Shown here: positions 42,374 to 53,753 of the stretch, in pieces | Layout of the letters: each line of letters begins with the position of its first letter | Position numbering within the stretch: the first letter of the stretch is position 1 | Assembly: GCA_963807605.1 (NCBI GenBank) | Contig: CAWECG010000002.1 | Coordinates: forward strand, 1 to 64,000 | Reading direction: 5' to 3' | Source of the DNA: Candidatus Bathyarchaeota archaeon | GTDB lineage: Archaea; Thermoproteota; Bathyarchaeia; 40CM-2-53-6; RBG-13-38-9 | DNA length: 64,000 nt | The notes under the pieces: model-generated | What the model was told of the DNA's origin: nothing | Databases searched by the model: none | What the model saw: only the letters and a program-made list of their open reading frames with translations | Program-made: the position numbers and the translations under genes

Positions 42374-43345
42374 TCAAGAGACAGGTTTGTTTTTGAATGG
42401 TACGACTCTTCTCGCAACCTTGAACATTCTAAACCATTCGGTATCAAACAAGACTAGTCCTGAGTATGCACCCGCATTACAGCCCATTCCACATCTTTCA
42501 CATATGGGGGTAATTCCATTCTCATCAGTGTTAGATATGACACAAGACCGTTTTGTTCTGCCGCTAGCGTCCAAGTTCACAAAAAACCATTTTGGACAAT
42601 TAACAGTCCACTTCCCGTCTCTGAATAAATTCAATTGCTTGGACGTGTTGACAACAAAACCTGGGTAGTCTTCCTTCACTTGTAGCATCTTATCAATGGT
42701 TCTATCTCTTAGCTTTCCGTATGGTAGCCATAATCTATCATCGTGGGAAAAAGGAGTGTGGAATTGAAATGTCAAACCTCTCGCGTAACCATACCAATCA
42801 CGAACCACCTCTTCCACACATTCATAGTTTAGCGTATTCACAGTCATATTAATGAAAACAGCATCTACTTCCGGATGATCAATGACGTTCTGTTTCACCT
42901 TCTTGTATACGGGCATACCTCTAATTGTGTCGTGAATCGTTTCGGTTCCATCTATTGAAATGAAATATCCTACACCAAAATCCACCAGCGGCAATGTACC
43001 ATTTGTTACTATGGAAACAGTTCTCCATCTCATTTCTTGGATTATGACCTCAACAACGTCTGGTCTAAGAAGCGGTTCACCGCCTGCCAGAGCAATAGAG
43101 ATTACACCTTTCTTGATGAAGTTCTGCCTTACAACATTCCTCCATTCATCGGGACCTAATTCTTTTTGCGCTTCTCTATTCAGCCACCAATAACAATGTT
43201 GACATTTCAGATTGCAGCGGTTCGTAACATCCGCAGAACCAAAAATAGGAATTTTTCTATTGAAACACCTTATTTGGATTAGTTCATGAGCAAATTTTGG
43301 AATGCCAATTAGTTCTTTCAAATTAGAAGATGGACGAATAACCAA
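42374..43345 (-). CDS. Radical SAM protein
   Basis: CNLKCQHC, AGGEPLLR, TNG. Confidence 0.9.
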   Translation of the reverse strand: MVIRPSSNLKELIGIPKFAHELIQIRCFNRKIPIFGSADVTNRCNLKCQHCYWWLNREAQKELGPDEWRNVVRQNFIKKGVISIALAGGEPLLRPDVVEVIIQEMRWRTVSIVTNGTLPLVDFGVGYFISIDGTETIHDTIRGMPVYKKVKQNVIDHPEVDAVFINMTVNTLNYECVEEVVRDWYGYARGLTFQFHTPFSHDDRLWLPYGKLRDRTIDKMLQVKEDYPGFVVNTSKQLNLFRDGKWTVNCPKWFFVNLDASGRTKRSCVISNTDENGITPICERCGMGCNAGAYSGLVLFDTEWFRMFKVARRVVPFKNKPVS

Positions 43346-43639
43346 TAGTACCTACACCCAGATCGGTTATGAACGCTGTTCTCGCTAACGACTCCTAGAC
43401 CCTCTCGTCGGGGAAAGCAAATCCATCTCGTCTCTAGTGTTGACTAATTCAATATGGAATCTGGACATTTCACAAACCAGTATTAGTTGGTGACTTGCAA
43501 ATATTAAACTCAGACGAAAAAATGTAGTAAACGGGCTGGGTTTCTAATATGTCTCGCATATCAGACCATCGCGCTATGTGGAACCGGGCTAAGCCGCTAG
43601 CATAGAGTCAACTATTTCCTGATTTCAAGTCCCAAGAAT

Positions 43640-44173
43640 TCATTGCGTCGAAGAAAACTTGGTCAGTTTCATGTATCGCTTATTCGCCAATGCACTGAGT
43701 AACTCGACTGTGTCCTTAAGAAGTTTCCAGGATTCTCTTTCATTAACCCAAAGCCGATAGGGCTTATTCGTCGCATCTTTGTAGCGTTCTTCGTCGATTC
43801 GCTGGGCAATGTGAGCACTCAAATCACCCATTTCCTTTATGTGGCTAGCCATCTTTGCCTGTCTCGGGGTCATCACCCCGTCCCCTACTGACCACTTAAT
43901 GAGACTCACGAGCCTCGCACGGACAACTCGCCCTAAACAATATCGGGCGCCCTCTCTTCTCCATGCTTTTAGCGTATGAAGCATTGATTCAAGAGCACCA
44001 CGACACATTACCGCAGATGCCACGTAAAACCTGCTCTTATGACACCCAGCCGCCTCTTGCACCAGGTCCAGAGTTTTTAAGAAAAGGAATCGGTCTATGT
44101 GGCAAAGTTCTTCGTAAGCCTTGAGCCATAACTTAGACGCCGGATCAGATTGTGTCTCCGATACTCCTTCCAT
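43640..44173 (-). CDS. DUF4145/HEPN-like protein
   Basis: ASAVMCRGALE...HIKEMGDLSAH. Confidence 0.6.
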   Translation of the reverse strand: MEGVSETQSDPASKLWLKAYEELCHIDRFLFLKTLDLVQEAAGCHKSRFYVASAVMCRGALESMLHTLKAWRREGARYCLGRVVRARLVSLIKWSVGDGVMTPRQAKMASHIKEMGDLSAHIAQRIDEERYKDATNKPYRLWVNERESWKLLKDTVELLSALANKRYMKLTKFSSTQ

Positions 44174-44389
44174 GATTCTGTCAGCAGCGTCAAGGTGTCA
44201 CATATGATTTGTCTTCTGCCATGTTGTGTTGCGTGAATTTACATGGTTGCTTATAAACGACTGTTTGAGCCGGCAGTCTGTTGGCATGGGCGCGGCTGAA
44301 AGATCGATATAGCCTGCGAGAGAGTTGTTCTGCGATCGTGATTCGTTGCAGAGATACGCCTATTAGTTTTTCAAGACGATTTAGAGAGT

Positions 44390-44950
44390 ATGACTGATAA
44401 AAAGATCAGAATTCTTGGCTTTGCCGGGAGTCTTAGGAAAGGGTCCTATAACAGAATGGCCCTTAAGGTTGCAGCGAAGCTGGTTCCAACAGACGCAGAG
44501 GTAGAAATCTTCGATCTAGAAGGAATGCCCACCTTCAACCAGGATCTAGAACAAACTCCAGGACCAAAAGTGGTAGAATTTAAGGAGAAGATTAGGAGAG
44601 CTGATGCAATTCTGATTGTAACCCCTGAATACAACTATTCGATTCCTGGTGTCCTGAAAAATGCCATCGATTGTGCTTCAAGACCGTACGGCGATAATGC
44701 TTTTGAAGGCAAACCTGTCGCTGTGATGGGCGCTTCAACAGGCATGCTTGGCACTGCAAGAGCTCAATATCATCTTCGTCAGTGCTTTGTATTCCTGAAC
44801 ATGCTTCCAATAAATACCCCCGAAGTAATGATTCCCTACGCCAAGGCGAAATTTGACGAAAACGGCAATCTGAAAGATGCAGAAACAAAGGAAAAAATTA
44901 GAAACCTTCTACAGGCGCTGGTAGACTGGACTAAGAAACTGAGCAAATGA
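44390..44950 (+). CDS. NADPH-dependent FMN reductase
   Basis: GSLRKGSYN, TPEYNYSIPGVLKNAID, GTARAQ. Confidence 0.93.
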   Translation: MTDKKIRILGFAGSLRKGSYNRMALKVAAKLVPTDAEVEIFDLEGMPTFNQDLEQTPGPKVVEFKEKIRRADAILIVTPEYNYSIPGVLKNAIDCASRPYGDNAFEGKPVAVMGASTGMLGTARAQYHLRQCFVFLNMLPINTPEVMIPYAKAKFDENGNLKDAETKEKIRNLLQALVDWTKKLSK

Positions 44951-45647
44951 GCACACTTCTGAGTTGCATACTTTAGTGCTGCCTGGCTCGAATTTGAATC
45001 TAGGTCCTGCTTCAACGACTCCGAACTCGGACAATATATCAACTATCTGAGGCGGAAGTACAGATCTGCATCGAAGATCTGAAAAAGGACCACTTCACCC
45101 GATACAATCGCGTGGTAGCCTGTCAGTGGTATCCCCTTGATTTGGAACTTGAATTTTTTGAACCACCACCAAGCATTGAGAGAAGTCTCCTACTAGTAAA
45201 CTGGTGCCGAATCCCACCCCCACCATCCGCCATCACGGCTTTTCGAAGAACCAATCGCAGGAATGGCAGACGGAGAACAAGGACTCAAAGAGTTTATCTG
45301 ACGGCCCCTGACTACACTATATTGATCATTGGTCTGCTGGAAGCACCTTGGTGACGCTGCCCTCTTCCCTAGTAGGGCTAATGCCCCTAAGGAGTAGGAT
45401 ACCTTCTAAAGAACACAACCCTGAGAAACCTGAAAGCTGCTGTAGAGATTTTCCAACCGAATGTTCAGGTTGCGATTTCTATCGAAGCGAACTTCCGAAA
45501 TATGCATACTTAACGACTCTATATTACGGAATATATCAGCCATGTCCAAGAATCGTTGAGAGATGTCTGAAGTATAAGTATGAAAAAACTACGTTTTGAC
45601 AAGGTCACTTCAAGTGTTCTCCGATTACTTGGAGTGGTGGTGATTGA

Positions 45648-45947
45648 ATGTCTGAACATCCTTTGAAGATTCTGGAGAAACTCGATCCAGAGCTTCTCAA
45701 GCTCGTTGAAAGTACTAGTAACCTCGCTCTTAGTGACGGTGCTCTACCCAAGAAGTTTAAACTCCTAATCGCGATGACTTTGGATGCGTCTCAGGGAGCT
45801 GTTCAAGGTGTGAAGGCATTGGCTCAGGCTGCAATACAAGCTGGCGCTACGAAAGAGGAGATCACAGAAGCCTTGAGAGTTGCTCAATATATTAGTGGAG
45901 TAGGAAGCGTCTACACCACTGCACAGGCTCTTAAGGAAATCCTCTAG
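45648..45947 (+). CDS. Carboxymuconolactone decarboxylase-family protein
   Basis: GALPKKFKLLIAM..GATKEEITEAL. Confidence 0.85.
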   Translation: MSEHPLKILEKLDPELLKLVESTSNLALSDGALPKKFKLLIAMTLDASQGAVQGVKALAQAAIQAGATKEEITEALRVAQYISGVGSVYTTAQALKEIL

Positions 45948-45959
45948 CGAGCGTGGTGC

Positions 45960-46655
45960 TCATTTTGATTGGTTCCCGATGACTGTAAGTTTGCCGCTTT
46001 TGCCAACACTAACTTGCAGCTCTCCTCTAAAGGTTCTTACCCGTCCATTCTCAATTTGAACTGTGTCACCAATCGAGACCATGTTTATTTGGTTGTTCCA
46101 GAGCGGTAACTTGATAGAACCAGTATCATCAGAGATTGTTGAGTTCGATAAACCGAAAGGATTACCCCCGTACCTCGAGAAGACCGTCCTCGCGATTGGT
46201 TTCTCAACAACCCGGGCTTTCAGATTGACCCATTTGACTCCCGAATTTACATCTTTGACTTTCATGTCGACAGGTATCGGCTTTTCCATTTTGTTAAGTG
46301 TCGTGTATTCGTTCCATGGAGGGCTTTCAAGGTCAATTTCTGGCATATGCTTCAATGTTGCCTCGGTAAGGCGTAGTTGAGTGATTACCTTTTGATCTTG
46401 TGTTACGAGAAAGACACCGTCATTCTTTGTCTTTTGGCGGCATTGGATTGATATGTCCTTGTACGACGATCTCTCATGCGTCCACGCATCGAAGAAACAT
46501 TCAAAAAATTTGTGCGGTTCAAGCCCGTATTTCTTCGAAACGAAGAACAAGTACAAGAGGCGTGTCATATCAGGCGTAAATTGCCGTTGGCCACGGCGTC
46601 TACCCCGTCCATAGTGCAACATCTCTCTTCGTAGAACATGTAAGCCTGTCAACAA
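45960..46655 (-). CDS. OB-fold single-stranded DNA-binding protein with N-terminal extension
   Basis: VNLKARVVE..ISDDTGSIKLPLWN..IGDTVQIENG..FRGELQVSVG. Confidence 0.85.
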   Translation of the reverse strand: MLTGLHVLRREMLHYGRGRRRGQRQFTPDMTRLLYLFFVSKKYGLEPHKFFECFFDAWTHERSSYKDISIQCRQKTKNDGVFLVTQDQKVITQLRLTEATLKHMPEIDLESPPWNEYTTLNKMEKPIPVDMKVKDVNSGVKWVNLKARVVEKPIARTVFSRYGGNPFGLSNSTISDDTGSIKLPLWNNQINMVSIGDTVQIENGRVRTFRGELQVSVGKSGKLTVIGNQSK

Positions 46656-46834
46656 GATCAGTTTAGAGTGAGTTGTCTTGCTCTTTAACTTTTGATCATC
46701 AGCTAGCGCGTGGTTACTGAGGAATCTGGATGCGACGGATACTTTGCTAAGCCCTTCACTCTGAAGATCTTTTGGTAGAGGTCAAGAGATATCTTAAGAG
46801 ATACTGAGCCTCTTCTCCGTTTCTTCCCTCAAAG

Positions 46835-47296
46835 TTGTTAAGATGGCTGCTGCATATAACAACTTATGAAGACTATCGATGGAGTTGTGAAATTTCGGCA
46901 AAGGAGAAGGCGGTCGTAACTATACAGAATGTTGTCGCCACGGCAAATCTAAAACAACGCCTAGACCTAGATATCATTGCGCGATTATTTCCTGGAACTG
47001 AGTATCGACCAGAACAATTTCCAGGGCTTGTTTTCAGATTGAAGAAACCGAAGACCGCGACACTCCTTTTCAGCTCTGGAAAGATGGTTTGCACCGGGTC
47101 CAAGTCAGAACGGCAGGCAAAAAGAGCAGTGACAAATATCGCGGCTGAACTCAAGAAAAATGGAATGGTAATCGTTGGCAGACCCGACATTCAGGTACAG
47201 AACGTTGTAGCTTCAGGCGGACTAGGCGGCTCCATCGACCTGGATAAGACTACGTATTCACTGAAGAAGACGCAACAAAAGAGGCAGAAAAGATAA
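46835..47296 (+). pseudogene. tbp: TATA-binding protein paralog, 3'-truncated in second repeat
   Basis: IQNVVATA, EYRPEQFPGLVFR, LLFSSGKMVCTGSK, VQNVVAS; second YEPEQFPG missing. Confidence 0.88.
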
Positions 47297-47791
47297 AGAA
47301 ACTATACCCCAAAGCCAAACTCCTCACCCCATCCCAATACGTGTGGATACGCACGATTGCCAAGCTTTTGGACTAAGATCCTTTGAAGGTGAGGAGTTGG
47401 AGCAGGACGAGATCCGCACCATACTAGCAGCCTCAACAGAAGAAGCAAGAAGCTGGAATCTCAAGAGTAAATTATTATAAGGATACTGAAACGCTTTTTT
47501 ATCCTGATTTTTTTCAAATCTCTATATATCTAACTATTTATCTAACCTATCATCTTACAATTTCCTGCAGTAGTAGGACATTCAAACACCCTATACACAC
47601 CCTACATATGTAGTACCCTTTACATTCACAGAAACGGTGGGGGTGGGTATGGCGGTTCTGGTAGCTGTAAGTGCTGTCCTGTTTTGATACCTTTTTTCAG
47701 CTCAAAACAAGCACTAAGATCTAATAATAATGCCACATATGGTCTACACTAGGAGTTGCCCACTCTCCGTCAGGCGGAATTTTTTGGTTTT

Positions 47792-49306
47792 TCACCTGTC
47801 TTCTTGTGATAGTTTGCTGAGTCCTGCTAGAGCTTTCTTGGTCTCTTTTGTGAGTTTGAATTCAGCTTCCTCTTCAGTCTTGACATGAGGTTCTTGTGTT
47901 TTTTTCTCTTCTTGTGCGAGGTAGGATTCTATTTTTTTCTGTTTTTCTTTTGTTTCTGGGGTGTGGAGTCTTCTGCGTATGAGTATTTTGCTGTTTATGT
48001 TCTGGACCATTTCCCATCCATTATTCAGGTACTTTTCCAGCTTGTCTTCTGTGACGAGTTTGCTTTCATATTTCTGTTCTTCATCTTCGTGTGGTGGTCT
48101 CTCTCTGAGTATTGAGAGTTCGTTTTCATAGAGTGCTATCTCCTCCTCTATCGTGAGTTCCCTATTGATTCCTGTTACTTTGCCGATTTTGGCATCTAAC
48201 AAGTCTATTCCTGCATTTTTTGCAAGGGATTTTAAGACTGCTAGTTGTGTTCGTTTGACAACTTCGCTTTGATCCGAGATTGTATTTGTGGTACCTAGAT
48301 AGGATTCGCATGCTTGATATTGTGATCGCATAACATCGATCATGTCGGGGGGTAGTCTTCCTTTCTCCGTGCTGTATGTAGCTTCGATGTCGCCCTTATG
48401 CCCGGCAAAGAATTGAAGATATGGGTGGGTGATCTTTCCTTTACTCTCTGCGATGGTAAGCTGTGTCTCAGCGTAATGTCTCAAAACGTAGGGTCTCTTT
48501 TTGACCCCTGCATCTCTCATGTACTTTCTTATGAGGGTTCCAATCCGCCTTGTCGAAATAAACTGATTCTTTTTATTGCCGGGCTTTTCGAATCCCATCA
48601 CTGGAGACTCTGGAGTTAGTTTCTCACCGGCTCGTAGACGTTGTTCAAGGTATTCTTTGAGGAGGTTACATCCTTCTTGAAACAGGAATGTAAAATATGG
48701 CTTTCTGGTCTTGCTTAGCATAAATCTAACTTTGACCATAGTAGGGATCTTCTCGAAGGTTACCTGTCCATTCTCAATCTTGAGTTCAGGTAAGTCACCA
48801 ATAGTTAGTCCATCGTCTCCGTGGAAATTTCCAATGACTTCAGGTCTTAGATCTGCGAATGCCATTAGAGCCTCAGCAAATCGTATTCTTGGTGGGGAAG
48901 CATGCAGTATCCTGGTCAGTTCTTCCTTGGTTGGGACCTGTTCATTAGCAATTGTTGGGGTAGCGCTTGCGTTGCTGACCTTTATCGTTCTGGTCATAGC
49001 GATGTTGTTGTATTTCATCCATGATTTTACAGCCTTCTGGAGTGATATGATGTATTGTGGTGATTTCTTTTGTTCTTCCAGTTTTGTAACCATGTCTTCA
49101 AGTGAGTCTTGAAATTTATCCATATCCTTCTTCGCAGAATTCACCATCTGTTTTGGTGTTTTGTTGATAAGTTCACATATCTTTCCAATCTGTCGCCATT
49201 TCACTTCAGCTGTTATCTTACTTCCACGTCCAAGATTACCAAGCCAACGGCGTACCTTCTCGTCCTTAAGCAGATGAGCATGTTTCATACCAGGTTTCGT
49301 TTTCAA
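47792..49306 (-). CDS. Tyrosine recombinase/integrase, apparently intact
   Basis: ADLRPEV (R), SKTRK (K), PYVLRHY, AGHKG..ATYS (H, Y). Confidence 0.9.
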   Translation of the reverse strand: MKTKPGMKHAHLLKDEKVRRWLGNLGRGSKITAEVKWRQIGKICELINKTPKQMVNSAKKDMDKFQDSLEDMVTKLEEQKKSPQYIISLQKAVKSWMKYNNIAMTRTIKVSNASATPTIANEQVPTKEELTRILHASPPRIRFAEALMAFADLRPEVIGNFHGDDGLTIGDLPELKIENGQVTFEKIPTMVKVRFMLSKTRKPYFTFLFQEGCNLLKEYLEQRLRAGEKLTPESPVMGFEKPGNKKNQFISTRRIGTLIRKYMRDAGVKKRPYVLRHYAETQLTIAESKGKITHPYLQFFAGHKGDIEATYSTEKGRLPPDMIDVMRSQYQACESYLGTTNTISDQSEVVKRTQLAVLKSLAKNAGIDLLDAKIGKVTGINRELTIEEEIALYENELSILRERPPHEDEEQKYESKLVTEDKLEKYLNNGWEMVQNINSKILIRRRLHTPETKEKQKKIESYLAQEEKKTQEPHVKTEEEAEFKLTKETKKALAGLSKLSQEDR

Positions 49307-49531
49307 AGCTGTTCAACATACATTAAACGTTCACATATATAGGTGTTTGTATGAATAAAGGTGTAAACCCATTAGTGTTTGAACGAAATCTTCCAAGTAG
49401 ACAGAAAATCTTGCCGATATTAATGTATTCCCCAGTTGAACTTGTGCACGAGACTCTTAGGCTCTTTTTGCGCATAACATTTTAGTGTCAAGAAAAATTC
49501 GAGATAACTAGAGCAGGAAATGACTCGCCAC

Positions 49532-50107
49532 TTAGGAGGTATGAGTCTGATCGACGAATACGGCCTCAACAAGATTCTTGATTATTCTTGCAGTTGCCCC
49601 CCAAATCACACGTTGCGGCAGGTCATAATAGTAGACTGGGCAGGGCTTTCCGTGCCGGACAACATATCCGACCCGTGGCAGCTTCCTGAGCTCACTGAGA
49701 GGAGTAAACACCAACTCGCTGACCTCTCTCCTGTTAATCTTGAAATCATACGGATATGGTATCCTCCCGACGAAAGGAGTTATCAAAAAGCCTGTAGTAC
49801 TTTCGTAATCATCAAGCTCCCCCAAGAACTGAATATCGTTCTTTAGAACACCAAGCTCTTCTAGTAACTCGCGCAGGACAGTGCCTTTCAGAGTTATATC
49901 CTGCGCCTCGAATCCTCCGCCTGGAAATGATATCTGTCCAGGATGGTTCTTCAATTCTTTAGGCCTCTTTGTGAAGAGGAGGTAGTATTCGTCGGCGTTT
50001 CTCAGTAGTGGAACTAAAACGGCCGCCCGAACTAGATTTCGCGGTTCCAGAGCTAGCCTCTTCCGGTTTGCTAGAATTTCTGCAATTCTCGTCTCAAGAC
50101 CGCTCAT
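49532..50107 (-). CDS. Nudix CoA pyrophosphatase (NudL-like)
   Basis: AAVLVPL, HPGQISFPGG, VLRELLEELG, IWGATARI. Confidence 0.92.
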   Translation of the reverse strand: MSGLETRIAEILANRKRLALEPRNLVRAAVLVPLLRNADEYYLLFTKRPKELKNHPGQISFPGGGFEAQDITLKGTVLRELLEELGVLKNDIQFLGELDDYESTTGFLITPFVGRIPYPYDFKINRREVSELVFTPLSELRKLPRVGYVVRHGKPCPVYYYDLPQRVIWGATARIIKNLVEAVFVDQTHTS

Positions 50108-50177
50108 CGAAACGCCCTTTCTCTATTAGTTCGGCCGATCTCTACGTCCTTGTGACTTATTTCCATTCATGATTTAT

Positions 50178-51502
<1,325 letters not shown>

Positions 51503-51635
51503 GTAATTCTTGAACTCATTCCTTCGGGTGAAAAGAAAGTCTGTTGATTAGGTTTGCTGTTTTAAGCTGGACTCAGACGGGTTAACAATAAAGAGATATT
51601 TGGGATGAATAATCTTAGAGTTGATGGGGTAGCAT

Positions 51636-52551
51636 ATGCGTGTGCTCAAGATAGCTTTACCTAAGGGGCACCTTTGGGATGCGGTGAAGGCCCTTCTTGA
51701 CCGATCCGGTTACAATCTTTCAATAAAGGGTGAGCGCTCATACATGGTCGAGTCCAGAGACTTGGAACTAGAATGGCGAGTACATAGAGCCCAGAATATC
51801 AGCCTCTTGGTTGAGCAGGGAAGATACGATTCTTGGAATAACTGGTCTCGACTGGGTTCTGGAGCCACAAGCCGATGTTGAAGAGTTGACTGATCTTAAG
51901 ATTGGCAGAGTCGATGTCGTCGCTGCTGCGCCTGAAAGGTATGGACTCAATGAGAACCTAGGCCCAAGAGTCTTCTCGAATTTCGAAGATAAGATGCGTC
52001 AGGAGAAGAAGGAGAGGGTAGTAGTAGCCTCCGAGTATGAGAATCTCACAAGAAGCCTTTTTGACACGCATATGCCGAAGATGGCTTATCGATTCATACG
52101 GTCATACGGTGCGACAGAGACATTTATCGAGGTGGCGGATCTCATAGTCGACTGTACCGAGACAGGCGTCACCCTTAAGGAGAATGGGTGGGCAATCATT
52201 CATAGACTCTTCGAATCTACTGCACGAATAATAGCAAACAAGGGAACTATGAAGAACTCTTGGAAGAAAGAGAAGGTTGAGGCGATACTGTCGCTTATTG
52301 AGGGTGCCAGAGATGCCAAAGGCCTTAGGTTGCTTAAGATGAATGTCCCAGAAAGCTCGATGAGCAAGATCATGAGCGTCCTTCCAGCTATGAAAAGCCC
52401 AACAATCTCCAAACTCTATGGTGAGGGGGAAGCGGGTTATGCCGTTGAAGTTGCTGTTGATGAGGCGCAGATCGTTCAGCTTATCCCGCAGCTCAAGAGA
52501 AATGGTGCGACAGATATTCTTGAACTTCAAATAGAAAAAGTCGTAAGGTAA
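51636..52551 (+). pseudogene. hisG: ATP phosphoribosyltransferase, +1 frameshift ~51831 (possibly a sequence error)
   Basis: KIALPKGHL, GITGLDW, SYGATE..ADLIVDCTETG.TL, LPAMKSPTIS. Confidence 0.9.
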
Positions 52552-52716
52552 GCTTGGAATCAGAACTCTGCTTCTTTCCTAACAAGGGCGAAGTCCTCGA
52601 TATTGAAAACTCGGTACTCTACGGATTCAACATAGTGTTATGAACAGGGCGGTGGCTTACTGTTAGGGACAGAAAGAATAAAATGCTAGACGGCATATCT
52701 ATCCTGTGTGACTCGT

Positions 52717-53043
52717 ATGAGCTATTATGATCCTGGCTATTGGAGACGTTTCGGCCGCTACAATCCGTACACTGACCCGTATACTCAACCGTATACTCAA
52801 CCGTATACTCAACCGTATACTCAACCGTATACTCAACCGTATACTCAACCGTATACTCAACCGTATACTGAACCATATCCCACAATATATCCCGCACCCA
52901 CAATACAACCCTACAAGCCGGCTGACCCCCTTGAACAGTTGGGCCTTGGTAAGAGAACCATGGTGGCTTCATGTGCCTACTGTGGAACTCTAATCTCAGC
53001 TGATTTACAATTCTGTCCTCAATGCGGAGCACAAAGGTTCTAA
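52717..53043 (+). CDS. PYTQ-repeat protein with C-terminal double zinc ribbon
   Basis: (PYTQ)7 tract; CAYCG..FCPQCG. Confidence 0.7.
   Translation: MSYYDPGYWRRFGRYNPYTDPYTQPYTQPYTQPYTQPYTQPYTQPYTQPYTEPYPTIYPAPTIQPYKPADPLEQLGLGKRTMVASCAYCGTLISADLQFCPQCGAQRF
52765..52872 (+). repeat. 12-bp tandem repeat CCGTATACTCAA
   Basis: 7 perfect copies 52777-52860 plus one imperfect copy each side. Confidence 0.97.
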
Positions 53044-53335
53044 GGAGGTTCCCTTACGGCTGCAAACCTCAAACTGATCGAGATCAACGGTGAACAGTAC
53101 ATCTTCGAACATATAATTGCTCAGCCTAACTGAGGCTGACACCAATCATATTAATTCCCAAGAACCAGTAGGAGCCGTAGGCCTCCACAATCCCTCATTA
53201 TACCGAGCCAATCTTTTTATCCTCAGAAGGCTTGCGTTTCAGACCTTAATGTCTATTGGCTTGCAAGAATAGAAAGGCCGTAACGCAACACATTTATTTG
53301 GATTCTTGTTTGAGTGACCTCTGGGTCCCGCGGAT

Positions 53336-53549
53336 CCCGCGGTAAGATGTAAATCAACATCCCGTAAGCTCAGCTTGGTAGAGCTTCCGATCACGCCAAT
53401 AACGTGAGGAGACGCTGTAGAGTTGCACCTAGTGTGCGACCGTTCAGCCTATCAGGCTAACACAGATACCGGAGTGTCGCTGGAGAGCCCAAAGGACTCG
53501 GCGAATTCAAAATAGGCAGTTGCCTATGAAACTCCGGCCCGCGGGACCA
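53336..53549 (+). tRNA. tRNA-Tyr(GTA) with five BHB introns
   Basis: Exons 53336-53344, 53368-53389, 53414-53420, 53468-53483, 53506-53511, 53533-53549 join to CCCGCGG TA GCTC AGCTTGGTA GAGC T TCCGG CT GTA GA CCGGA GTGTC GCTGG TTCAAAT CCGGC CCGCGGG A CCA (77 nt, full cloverleaf, C1-G72/A73). Confidence 0.93.
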
Positions 53550-53711
53550 CACCCTTCTTAATGTAAGAACCATCTCAGCCACAGCACGTGAATTCTGACC
53601 AAGGTTCTCCGTCAATTGTCATCTCGCCATCCGAAGAAGCGCGCCGGTCTAGATCTTCCTGCAACAATAAGCTGGGGCAGCACAAAACGTTTTGATCCAG
53701 TGTTAGGAGTG

Positions 53712-53753
53712 TGGCGGGCCCGGTGGTACTCGCATTCAATCAAGTGCGAGTAC
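53712..53753 (-). repeat. tRNA 3'-end remnant (att-like) with 9-bp dyad
   Basis: Minus strand GTACTCGCA-10nt-TGCGAGTAC-CACCGGGCCCGCCA. Confidence 0.55.

Noticed and set aside
47581-49383. 9-bp inverted repeat TTCAAACAC/GTGTTTGAA around the intact integrase
   Set aside because: Too short, with no target duplication or extension.
52619-53032. Alternative-frame ORFs (YTVE)n, (SIRL)n, (ILNR)n
   Set aside because: Shadows of the 12-bp repeat; only the PYTQ frame leads into a zinc ribbon.
53327-53342. Possible sixth intron in the duplicated CCCGCGG-AT-CCCGCGG
   Set aside because: Would be only 9 nt with no BHB geometry; better read as leader sequence.
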